Shown in pieces: positions 18,909 through 27,656 of a stretch of 64,000 bases of DNA. Location: contig PFSB01000006.1 of assembly GCA_002788855.1 (NCBI GenBank), positions 5,467-69,466 of the forward strand, given 5' to 3'. This DNA comes from Candidatus Roizmanbacteria bacterium CG_4_9_14_0_2_um_filter_38_17 (GTDB lineage: Bacteria > Patescibacteriota > Microgenomatia > GCA-00278855). Each line of letters begins with the position of its first letter. Within the stretch, counting starts at the first letter, position 1. Position numbers and translations under genes: made by a program. The notes beneath the pieces were generated by a model, which saw nothing but the letters and a program-made list of their open reading frames with translations, made no database searches and was not told where the DNA came from.

Positions 18909-19607
18909 ATGTCTAAATTTACATGGATAACTACATTTCTATCGGTAGTATTGGTATCTAACTTGGTGGTCCTGTATTATCTGAATTACCAGCTAAGAGA
19001 TGAACTTAATAAAGTTAAAGCAAGTTCTCAGGCTACTGTCAGTCAAGAAGTCGCTGAACCACTTCAAACGGTTAGTAGACCCACTCCAGATCCAGAAGCA
19101 GTAGCCTTTTATTCAGATTCTTGTAACCCGGCGTGCCAGGACCAGATTGATAATGTAAAAAAGGTCGTAGCTAGAATTACACCCCAGATAATAAAGGAAG
19201 CAGAAACTGCGGAGACTCAATCTTCAGCTACTAACAATGCAGCTAAGGAATACTCAGTTACTTTGGGTAAAGGAAGCTCTGATGCAAAGGACTGGGAAGA
19301 TGTACCAGGCGTAAATGCATATATAAATACCAATAACTATAGCGATATTAGCTTGGTTACATTCGAGGTGTCACTTAGAGTTCCTACGGCAAATGATGAG
19401 GTATTTGCACGGCTTTATAATGTAACAGACAGTGCGGCAGTTAAGTCTAGCGATGTAACAAGTGCCTATAATATAGATTCTATTCTATTACAGGCAAACA
19501 ATATTAATCTCAGTAGCGGGAATAAGCTGTATCAGCTTCAGATGAAAACTAGATTTGGGAGAGAATCATTAGCTGACTCTACTCGGATAAAGATATTTAC
19601 AAAATGA
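18909..19607 (+). CDS. hypothetical N-terminally anchored/secreted protein
   Basis: Single N-terminal TM (TWITTFLSVVLVSNLVVLYYL) followed by a Ser/Thr/Asn-rich hydrophilic domain with two Cys (CNPAC). No recognisable catalytic motif. Confidence 0.5.
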   Translation: MSKFTWITTFLSVVLVSNLVVLYYLNYQLRDELNKVKASSQATVSQEVAEPLQTVSRPTPDPEAVAFYSDSCNPACQDQIDNVKKVVARITPQIIKEAETAETQSSATNNAAKEYSVTLGKGSSDAKDWEDVPGVNAYINTNNYSDISLVTFEVSLRVPTANDEVFARLYNVTDSAAVKSSDVTSAYNIDSILLQANNINLSSGNKLYQLQMKTRFGRESLADSTRIKIFTK

Positions 19608-20521
19608 AGAGAGTCGCAATTATAATCGTAAACTACAATGGTTGGCAAGATACCATTGATTGTCTTAAGTCTATATCCCATCTCAATTTGCCAGATATTA
19701 AGTTACACACAGTTGTTATAGACAACGATTCCTCTAACGATTCGTATGATCAACTAACCGAATTTATTACCAAAGAAGAAGAATTAGTAAATGTTGAATT
19801 AGTTAAACTATCTAGTAACTTAGGGTTTAGCGGAGGAACTAACGTAGGCATTAAAAGTGCGATAGCACAAGACGATGACTACATCATGCTTTTAAACAAT
19901 GACACCACAGTAGACCTTGATCTAGTTACAGAGCTGGTAAAAGCAGCTAATAAGAAAGCAGGTATAGTGGTACCTAAAATATATTTTGCTAAGGGCTATG
20001 AATACCACAAGGGGCGATATACAAAAGCAGAGCAAGGTAAAGTTATCTGGTATGCGGGAGGACAGATAGACTGGAATAATATGTATGCCAGTCATCGCGG
20101 AGTGGATGAGGTAGACAAAGGGCAATACGACGTTAAAGAGCAGACAGAGTTTGCATCTGGATGCTGTATGTTGGTAAGTCGTGAGGTGTTTGAGGAAGTT
20201 GGCTATTTAGACGATGACCTCTTTTTATACCTAGAAGATCTAGATTTTTGTTTGCGTTCTATAAAAGAGGGATATGAGATAATTTATAAGCCCAAAGCTA
20301 TGGTTTGGCATAAGAATGCGTCTTCGTCAGATAAACCTGGATCTAAGTTGCATCAATACTATTTAACAAGAAACCGTTTAATAGTGGGAATGCGTTATGC
20401 TCCAATAAGAACCAGAGTAGCTCTACTTAAAGAAAGTCTTAAGTTTTTTCAAAAAGGTGGAGTTTTAAGAAAAGCAGTGCGAGATTATTACTTATACAAC
20501 TGGGGAAAATGGGAAAACTAA
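19604..20521 (+). CDS. GT2 family glycosyltransferase (rhamnosyl/hexosyltransferase-like, WbbL-type)
   Basis: IIIVNYNGWQDT...VIDNDSSNDS...LLNNDTTVD DXD-containing GT-A pattern. Confidence 0.75.
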   Translation: MKRVAIIIVNYNGWQDTIDCLKSISHLNLPDIKLHTVVIDNDSSNDSYDQLTEFITKEEELVNVELVKLSSNLGFSGGTNVGIKSAIAQDDDYIMLLNNDTTVDLDLVTELVKAANKKAGIVVPKIYFAKGYEYHKGRYTKAEQGKVIWYAGGQIDWNNMYASHRGVDEVDKGQYDVKEQTEFASGCCMLVSREVFEEVGYLDDDLFLYLEDLDFCLRSIKEGYEIIYKPKAMVWHKNASSSDKPGSKLHQYYLTRNRLIVGMRYAPIRTRVALLKESLKFFQKGGVLRKAVRDYYLYNWGKWEN

Positions 20522-21240
20522 GTGCCATAATTATTACTAGAAACGAAGAAAATAATATAGCTGATGTTATTAAAAACGTTAGCTTTGCAGACGAGGTTAT
20601 TGTTGTAGATAATTTATCAGCTGATAAAACAGTAGATATTGCAAAAAATGCGGGAGCTATTGTTTATAGTCAGAAGTTTAGTAATTTTGCCCAGCAAAGA
20701 GATTTTGCACATAATAAGGCAACAAAAAAATGGTTGCTTTATATTGATGCAGACGAAAGGTTGTCAAATGAGCTTGTGCAGGAAATTTCAAATATTCAAG
20801 ATGTGTATGGGGGATACATCTTAAGAAGAAGAAACTTTTATCTAGGTAAACATGAGTGGCCATTTATTGAGGAAATTCCAAGACTGTTTTTAAAAGCTAA
20901 ATTGCGAGGGTGGAGGGGAAAAATTCATGAGACCGCAATTTTTGAAGGAAAAATAGGAATTTTAAACTCCTATCTAAACCATTATACACATAAAAATTTA
21001 AGTTCAATGATTAAAAAAACGAACGAATGGTCGGATGTTGAAGCAGGGTTGTTATTTAAATCAGGTCATCCTCAGATGAGCTGGTGGAGGTTTTTAAGGA
21101 TAATGCTGACAAAATTCAGAGACTCTTATTTTATACAAGGAGGTTGGAAGGTTGGTGCCATCGGTTTTATCGAAAGCATGTATCAGGCTTATAGTTACTT
21201 TGTAGTTTATGCTAAATTATGGGAATTACAAAGAAAATAA
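20509..21240 (+). CDS. GT2 family glycosyltransferase (paralog of 17997 and 53133 genes)
   Basis: SAIIITRNEENNI...VIVVDNLSADKT...LYIDADERLS motifs. Confidence 0.78.
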   Translation: MGKLSAIIITRNEENNIADVIKNVSFADEVIVVDNLSADKTVDIAKNAGAIVYSQKFSNFAQQRDFAHNKATKKWLLYIDADERLSNELVQEISNIQDVYGGYILRRRNFYLGKHEWPFIEEIPRLFLKAKLRGWRGKIHETAIFEGKIGILNSYLNHYTHKNLSSMIKKTNEWSDVEAGLLFKSGHPQMSWWRFLRIMLTKFRDSYFIQGGWKVGAIGFIESMYQAYSYFVVYAKLWELQRK

Positions 21241-23489
21241 TTCGTAGATATTGGCCGGTTATATGGATTGTTGTTTTATGGCTAATATTTTCACAGCCGT
21301 ATTTACTTAAAGGTTTAGCACCTTTTCCATCGGGTTATCTGGTGAATTTTTTCTCTCCTTGGAATAATTATTTTGGATTTCCGTTTGGAAATAATGCGAT
21401 GCCAGATGTTATATCACAGCTCTATCCCTGGAAGACTGTTGTAATAGAAAGCTGGAAATTTGGCCAGATTCCGTTTTGGAATCCTTATCAGTTTGCGGGT
21501 AACCCTCAGTTAGCGAATGTTCAGTCAGCAGTATTTACACCGTTAAATATGCTCTTTTTTGTACTACCATTTGTCCATGCCTGGAGCATCTTAATTCTTC
21601 TGCAGCCGCTGCTTGCAGGATTATTTACTTATCTGTTTGTGCGTAAGCTGAAAGTGAGTAGAGCTGCAGCTGTATTAAGCGCCATATCATTTATGTTTGC
21701 TGGTTTCATAACGGTATGGATGGCTTATGGGACACTTGCTTACGCAATTCTATATTTTCCCCTTGTGCTTTATGGAATTGAACGCTATCGTAGCAAGCCA
21801 GATCTTGCTGCAAAGTTAATTGTTGTATTTAGTATTCCGCTATCACTATTTTCTGGACACTTTCAAACAAGTATTTACATGCTACTTGCTGGAGCTTCAT
21901 ATGGAGTGTATTCTTTTTGGCTAAATAAGAGAAAGCTTTTAAGTTTGTCGATGTTATTCTTAGTAGGTCTTATCATATCTCTGCCTCAGCTTATTCCAGC
22001 GATTCAGTTTTATCAGCAGTCTGTACGAAGTGGATTGTACGAAGTGGGAGAAGTTATTCCTTGGAGTTATCTAATAACTGTTCTAGCGCCAGATTTTTAT
22101 GGCAACCCGGTTACTCGTAATGATTGGTTTGGACACTACGCTGAGTGGTCGAGTTTTGCGGGAGTGATTCCGGTAATGTTGGCTATTTTTGTATTATTTT
22201 TGGATAGAAAATCTAGCAAAGTAAGGTTTTTTGGTGTGCTAGCAGCATTTTCCCTACTATTGGCTTACCAGACGCCCTTGATTGATCTGTTGGCTAAGCT
22301 GAAAATTCCTGTGCTGGCTACTAGTGCAGCGTCGCGCATTATTGTTTTATTTAGTTTTGGAATAGCGGTACTATCCGGATTTGGCTTAGACAGACTTATA
22401 GTGGTGTGGAGCAAGCATAGGATAACAAAAAAGATGATGCTTTTTTTTGGAGTGTGGATAGTTCTTGTAATTGGTGCATGGGGGATGCTTCTTAGTAATA
22501 ATCTTTTCTTTCTTGAGAAAGCTGGGATGCAAGAATTTTCTATAGCCAAACGCAATTTTATTCTTCCAACGTTTTTTATATTTAGTGGAATAGTAGTGAT
22601 ATTTTTAGGTTACTTCGTAAAGAAAGAAATATACATAAAGCTGTTGATACTAGGTTTGTTGGTTGTTGTTTCTTTTGATGTGCTTAGGTTTAGTACAAAA
22701 TGGATGCCGTTTGATCTAATAGAAAATATGTATCCAGAAAATGGGGCGCTTACATATTTACAAAAGAATGTTGGAAATTATAGAGTGTTTGGAAATTTTG
22801 GCAATGAAGGACAGACACCATTTAAACTTCAAGGAATTGAAGGATATGATCCGCTGTATGTTAGTCGCTATGGAGAGTTTGTTTCTGCAGCTGGTGATGG
22901 TCATCTTCGGGGTGTGGATCGATCAGTGGTTCTTATGAACAAAAATGGGGAGTATACAAAGAGTATGCTTGATCTACTGGGGGTTAAATATTACCTTCAG
23001 TCTAAAGGCGATGGGAGAAATATCTGGGTGTTTCCATTCTGGGAATATCCAGAAAGTTTTGGTTCAGCAGTTTGGAGTGATGAAAAATATGAGATCTATG
23101 AAAATACCACTGCGTACCCTAGAGCTTATGTAGTACATGACTATATCGTAGCAGATAGCGATCAGGAAGTTATAGATAGTATATTGGCCGATGATACAGA
23201 CTTAAGAGAAACAGCTATTCTCGAAGAGAAACCACAGGATGCCATAGAGCCGTGCAAAGGAGAAGACAAGGTAGCTATTGTTAACTATTCAGCCAATAGG
23301 ATCGAGCTTGATGTGTCTACGGATTGTCCAGGATTACTGTTCATGTCTGATAATTACTATCCGGGTTGGAATGTATATCTCGATGGAACTAAGTCGAATA
23401 TATATCGTGCAAATTATACGTTTAGAGCTGTGGTGGTCCCGGAAGGTGATCACAAGGTGATTTTTAAATATGAAAATTGGTATTTCTAG
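21219..23489 (+). CDS. YfhO-like GT-C membrane glycosyltransferase (paralog 1 of 4)
   Basis: 756 aa polytopic. N-terminal PFP...LYPWK...FWNPYQFAGNPQLANVQSAVFTPLN. C-terminal LSDNYYPGWNVYLDG...YRANYTFRAVVVPEGDHKVIFKYE, as in the Firmicute YfhO/GtlB family. Confidence 0.65.
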   Translation: MGITKKIIRRYWPVIWIVVLWLIFSQPYLLKGLAPFPSGYLVNFFSPWNNYFGFPFGNNAMPDVISQLYPWKTVVIESWKFGQIPFWNPYQFAGNPQLANVQSAVFTPLNMLFFVLPFVHAWSILILLQPLLAGLFTYLFVRKLKVSRAAAVLSAISFMFAGFITVWMAYGTLAYAILYFPLVLYGIERYRSKPDLAAKLIVVFSIPLSLFSGHFQTSIYMLLAGASYGVYSFWLNKRKLLSLSMLFLVGLIISLPQLIPAIQFYQQSVRSGLYEVGEVIPWSYLITVLAPDFYGNPVTRNDWFGHYAEWSSFAGVIPVMLAIFVLFLDRKSSKVRFFGVLAAFSLLLAYQTPLIDLLAKLKIPVLATSAASRIIVLFSFGIAVLSGFGLDRLIVVWSKHRITKKMMLFFGVWIVLVIGAWGMLLSNNLFFLEKAGMQEFSIAKRNFILPTFFIFSGIVVIFLGYFVKKEIYIKLLILGLLVVVSFDVLRFSTKWMPFDLIENMYPENGALTYLQKNVGNYRVFGNFGNEGQTPFKLQGIEGYDPLYVSRYGEFVSAAGDGHLRGVDRSVVLMNKNGEYTKSMLDLLGVKYYLQSKGDGRNIWVFPFWEYPESFGSAVWSDEKYEIYENTTAYPRAYVVHDYIVADSDQEVIDSILADDTDLRETAILEEKPQDAIEPCKGEDKVAIVNYSANRIELDVSTDCPGLLFMSDNYYPGWNVYLDGTKSNIYRANYTFRAVVVPEGDHKVIFKYENWYF

Positions 23490-24504
23490 TCCATATCTAG
23501 ATAGTCTAGCTGGGGGTGAGAGATATATGCTCACCATAGCTTCTTGTTTGTCAAAAAAGCATAGAGTTGATGTTTTCTGGCCAAACATGGATATTATTGA
23601 AAGGGCTAAAAAAAGATTCAATCTGGATCTAGACGGTGTTTCTGTTAACGCCTCGATGCAGATAGGTAAGATTAGTCGTATTAAGCATACTTTTAAATAC
23701 GATGTAATTATTTACCTTTCAGATGGTAGCGTCCCGATTAGCTTAGCTAAGCACAATATACTTCATTTTCAGGTTCCTTTCACAAGCGTAAACGGGAGGA
23801 GCTTATCTAACCAGCTTAAGCTTAAGAGATTTAATCATTTTGTCTGTAATTCAGAATTTACAAAAAAATATATAGATCAAGAATTTGCAGTAAATAGCAG
23901 TGTTATATATCCTCCAGTCAATACAACAGAGTTTAAGGCGGGTAAAAAACAGAATACTATCTTAACTGTGGGAAGATTTCATCCGCTCAAAAAGCAAGAT
24001 GTGCTTATAGATACCTTTATTTCCATACAAGAAAAGTTAGGTGATTGGCAATTTGTAATAGCTGGGGGATTACTTGAGCAAGACAAGAGTTATTACCAGG
24101 CGCTTGTGGCAAAGTGTGTGGGTAATAATATTAAGCTATTGCCTAATATCAGCCATGAGGATTTAACTCGGCTATATGAAGAGACTAAGATCTACTGGCA
24201 TGGAACGGGTTATGGTGAAAAAAACCCAGAGAATATGGAGCACTTTGGAATAACAACAGTTGAGGCAATGGCGTCTGGTTGTATTCCGGTAGCTTTCAAA
24301 GGCGGTGGACAGAAAGAAATTATTAATGACAAGATAGGTGGTTATCTCTGGGATACTACAGATGAGTTAGTAAAATATACACAAGAGCTAGCTGGTTCAA
24401 CTGAATTATGGGAAAAACTTTCAAAGCAATCAAAGCAAGATGCAGTAAAATATTCTGAGGCAGAATTTTGTAAAAATTGGCAGGAGCTAATAGAAAGGCT
24501 ATGA
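23470..24504 (+). CDS. GT4 family glycosyltransferase (GT-B, retaining)
   Basis: C-terminal GT4 signature VGRFHPLKKQD...ETKIYWHGTGYGE...FGITTVEAMASGCIPVA...GG..EII. Confidence 0.8.
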   Translation: MKIGISSPYLDSLAGGERYMLTIASCLSKKHRVDVFWPNMDIIERAKKRFNLDLDGVSVNASMQIGKISRIKHTFKYDVIIYLSDGSVPISLAKHNILHFQVPFTSVNGRSLSNQLKLKRFNHFVCNSEFTKKYIDQEFAVNSSVIYPPVNTTEFKAGKKQNTILTVGRFHPLKKQDVLIDTFISIQEKLGDWQFVIAGGLLEQDKSYYQALVAKCVGNNIKLLPNISHEDLTRLYEETKIYWHGTGYGEKNPENMEHFGITTVEAMASGCIPVAFKGGGQKEIINDKIGGYLWDTTDELVKYTQELAGSTELWEKLSKQSKQDAVKYSEAEFCKNWQELIERL

Positions 24505-26720
24505 AAAGATACTTATTCCCATTGCTATTAGGGTTAATAGTAGTAGTTTTTTTTGCAAAAACTATTTTTCAAGGATTATTGCCTATTCCAGCAGATACTA
24601 TAGTCGGCTTGTATCATCCATTTCGAGATGCTGTTTTTCAGGAATATCCTAACGGGATTCCTTACAAGAATTTTTTAATAACTGATCCAGTTCGTCAGCA
24701 GTATCCTTGGCGAGAATTAGCTGTGTCGATTATGAAACAAGGTGAGTTACCGCTTTGGAATCCATATCAATTTGCGGGTACTCCACTTCTTGGTAATCTA
24801 CAGTCAGCAGCCCTATATCCCTTGAATATATTGTACTGGTTAATGCCATTTCAAATGACGTGGACAGTGCTGGTTATACTACAGCCACTTCTTGCTTTGT
24901 TATTTATGTACCTATATCTAAAAGAAATGAAACTATTTAAGCTACCTGCGACATTTGGTGCTGTAATATTTGCTTTTAGTGGGTTTTTCGTTGCTTGGCT
25001 AGAGTGGAACACTATTTTACACGTAATTTTATGGTTGCCATTATTATTGCTGGCGCTTGAAAAACTAAGAGTTAAATTGAGTCTTCTTTGGAGTACTATT
25101 TTTATTTTTGCTCTTTCTTCAAGTTTTCTTGCAGGGCATTTACAGGTCTTCTTCTATGTATCTTTGGTTCTTATGGCTTATTTAGTTACTATTTTGTATA
25201 GAAGTAAATCTAAGGGTAAGTTGGTGTTGCTACTTTCTGCTCTTTGCTCACTGTTTGCTGTAGTAACGTCTCTACAGTGGATTCAATTTGTAAAATTTTA
25301 CCTGCAGTCAGCGCGTGAAATTGATCAAGTATTATGGCAAAAGGAAGGCTGGTTTATACCAGCTAAGCATCTAGTTCAGTTTTTTGCTCCAGATTTTTTT
25401 GGCAATCCAGCAACCTTGAATTACTGGGGAGTTTGGAATTATGGTGAATTTATTGGGTATGTAGGAATAGCCGGCTTTGTATTTGCCCTTCTTGCAATTA
25501 TATACAGGAGAGATAGGAAGACATTCTTCTATATTGGATTATTAATCGGATCTATATTATTTGCTACAAATAATGTTATTGCTCAGTTACCTTTTAGGAT
25601 GGGTTTGCCACTAATTGGAACTAGTCAGCCGACCAGATTATTGGCCATAGTAGATTTTTCATTAGCGGTGCTAGCTGCACTTGGACTAGATTATTTTTTA
25701 CGTAGACAGCTAAATATAAAAAAGATAAGCACAGTATTAGTATTGTTTTTGAGCTTATTTATTGCATTATGGATATATACTGATACAGGTAGTGTAGAGC
25801 TTGCAGTAGCAAAACGTAATTTAATTTTACCAACAGGACTATTTATTATTACTGTTATCTTATTACTTAGTGCAATAGCTAGTAGAAATAAAAAGATTTT
25901 TTTGTTTACTGTTTACTGTTTACTGTTTACTGTAGTCTTTGACCTATTTCGGTTTGGCTGGAAATTCACTCCTTTTGTAGCTAGTGACTATCTCTTTCCT
26001 TCTACCAAAACCATTGAGTTTTTGCAGGAGCAAGAGGGGGTGTTTAGAATTATGGCGGCTGATAGGCGAATCTTGCCATCGAACTTTTCAACTTTCTATA
26101 GATTACAGGATGTTGGAGGATACGACCCACTATATCTTAAGAATTATGGAGAATTGGTGAGTGCCTGGGAGAAGAATAAACCAGACGCTTCCTTATTAGA
26201 GTTTAATCGCATATTATCACCTCAAAACTATGAGAGTAAGTTAGCGGATTTATTGAATGTGAAGTACATTCTTAGTTTAGATGAGTTAAGTTCATCAAAG
26301 CTAGTAGAAGTCTTTTCTGAAGGGCAAACCAAGGTGTATGAAAATATAGAAGTTTATCCACGGGTCTTTTTGGTATCCTCAGTTTTAAAAGTCAATAGTA
26401 AACAAGAGGCTATTAATAAAATATTTGAAGAGGGTCTGGATCTAGGTACTCAAGCAGTTGTATATGAAGATCTTAAGCTGGCTAATACGCCCTTAGTCAG
26501 ATCTGAGAACGTAAAGCTACTTAGCTATAGCCCTAATTCAGTTGTGGCGGAGACTGTGACTGAAGAGGAGCACTTATTGGTATTGAGCGATGTATATTAC
26601 CCTGAATGGAGTGTTTTTGTCGATGGAGTTTCAAAGGATATCATTGAAGTAGATTATGCTTTGCGCGGTGTGGTTGTACCTTCTGGAAAGCATAAAGTTG
26701 AATTTAAGATTAGAATATAA
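24501..26720 (+). CDS. YfhO-like GT-C membrane glycosyltransferase (paralog 2 of 4)
   Basis: QYPWRE...LWNPYQFAGTPLLGNLQSAALYPLN N-terminal block; C-terminal LSDVYYPEWSVFVDG...GKHKVEFK. Contains the (GTTTACT)4 repeat. ATG 24501 (ATGA overlap) is preferred over the ORF call at 24477. Confidence 0.65.
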   Translation: MKRYLFPLLLGLIVVVFFAKTIFQGLLPIPADTIVGLYHPFRDAVFQEYPNGIPYKNFLITDPVRQQYPWRELAVSIMKQGELPLWNPYQFAGTPLLGNLQSAALYPLNILYWLMPFQMTWTVLVILQPLLALLFMYLYLKEMKLFKLPATFGAVIFAFSGFFVAWLEWNTILHVILWLPLLLLALEKLRVKLSLLWSTIFIFALSSSFLAGHLQVFFYVSLVLMAYLVTILYRSKSKGKLVLLLSALCSLFAVVTSLQWIQFVKFYLQSAREIDQVLWQKEGWFIPAKHLVQFFAPDFFGNPATLNYWGVWNYGEFIGYVGIAGFVFALLAIIYRRDRKTFFYIGLLIGSILFATNNVIAQLPFRMGLPLIGTSQPTRLLAIVDFSLAVLAALGLDYFLRRQLNIKKISTVLVLFLSLFIALWIYTDTGSVELAVAKRNLILPTGLFIITVILLLSAIASRNKKIFLFTVYCLLFTVVFDLFRFGWKFTPFVASDYLFPSTKTIEFLQEQEGVFRIMAADRRILPSNFSTFYRLQDVGGYDPLYLKNYGELVSAWEKNKPDASLLEFNRILSPQNYESKLADLLNVKYILSLDELSSSKLVEVFSEGQTKVYENIEVYPRVFLVSSVLKVNSKQEAINKIFEEGLDLGTQAVVYEDLKLANTPLVRSENVKLLSYSPNSVVAETVTEEEHLLVLSDVYYPEWSVFVDGVSKDIIEVDYALRGVVVPSGKHKVEFKIRI
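25904..25931 (+). repeat. perfect heptanucleotide tandem repeat (GTTTACT)4 preceded by a T7 tract, inside YfhO-like gene
   Basis: Read directly: gatttttttGTTTACTGTTTACTGTTTACTGTTTACTgtag. Unit length is not a multiple of 3. Confidence 0.95.
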
Positions 26721-26726
26721 TAAAGA

Positions 26727-27656
26727 ATGGCTAAATTAAAATCACTGGTCTCGATTGTTATTCCAAACTACAATGGTGAAGAATTACTTAAGCAGAATTT
26801 GCCGAAGATTGCTCAAGCAGCATTAGCATATGACAGTACTATTGAAATAATAGTAGTTGATGATGCTTCCATAGATAACTCTGTTACCCAAATTGAGAGC
26901 CAGCGTTCAAAAGTTAAAAACATAAAGCTAGTTAGGCACGAGAAAAATAGAGGATTTTCTGTTGCAGTAAATACTGGTGTTGCAAATGCTAGAGGAGATA
27001 TTGTTGTTTTACTTAATTCAGACGTTAGCCCGGAGTTTAATTTTCTAGAGCCACTAATATCCCATTTTACTGATGAGAAAATTTTTGCGGTTGGATGCCT
27101 AGACAAGAGCATCGAAGGAAATAAAACCATAGAGAGAGGTCGAGGTATTGGTTGGTGGGAAAGGGGGATGGTTGTGCATAAAAGAGGAGAAGTGAACAAG
27201 GCAGATACATTCTGGGTATCTGGTGGTTCAGGCGCGTTTCGTAAATATATCTGGGATAAGCTTGGAGGAATGGATGAGCTATATAAGCCATTCTACTGGG
27301 AAGATATTGATCTTTCTTACAGGGCTCGTAAAGCTGGGTATAAATTATTGTTTGAATCAAAGAGCGTGGTTACTCATGCTCACTCTGATGGAACAATTAA
27401 ATCTAATTTCAGCGATGAAGAAATTAAATCAATAGCTTATAGAAATCAGCTATTGTTTGTCTGGAAAAATATAACAGATCTGCAACTTACAATTAGTCAC
27501 ATAGTTTGGCTTCCCTATCACTTTTTAGCAACCATCGCGAGAGGCGATTTTGCATTTAGTTATGGCTTTGTACTGGCGCTATTTAGATTGGGAATTGTTA
27601 GTAGACAGAGAAGTAATTATGTATATAATGATAAAAAAATTCTTAACAAAACATAG
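26727..27656 (+). CDS. GT2 family glycosyltransferase
   Basis: VSIVIPNYNGEELL...IIVVDDASIDNS...VLLNSDV GT-A pattern. Confidence 0.78.
   Translation: MAKLKSLVSIVIPNYNGEELLKQNLPKIAQAALAYDSTIEIIVVDDASIDNSVTQIESQRSKVKNIKLVRHEKNRGFSVAVNTGVANARGDIVVLLNSDVSPEFNFLEPLISHFTDEKIFAVGCLDKSIEGNKTIERGRGIGWWERGMVVHKRGEVNKADTFWVSGGSGAFRKYIWDKLGGMDELYKPFYWEDIDLSYRARKAGYKLLFESKSVVTHAHSDGTIKSNFSDEEIKSIAYRNQLLFVWKNITDLQLTISHIVWLPYHFLATIARGDFAFSYGFVLALFRLGIVSRQRSNYVYNDKKILNKT

Noticed and set aside
20639-20863. Pair of 61-aa ORFs on opposite strands inside the 20509 GT2 gene
   Set aside because: Embedded in a conserved GT2 coding region; no independent support.
25897-25932. Possibility that the short tandem repeats are CRISPR arrays
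   Set aside because: Units are 7 nt with no spacers, lie inside intact CDSs, and no cas genes are present; they are microsatellite-type repeats.
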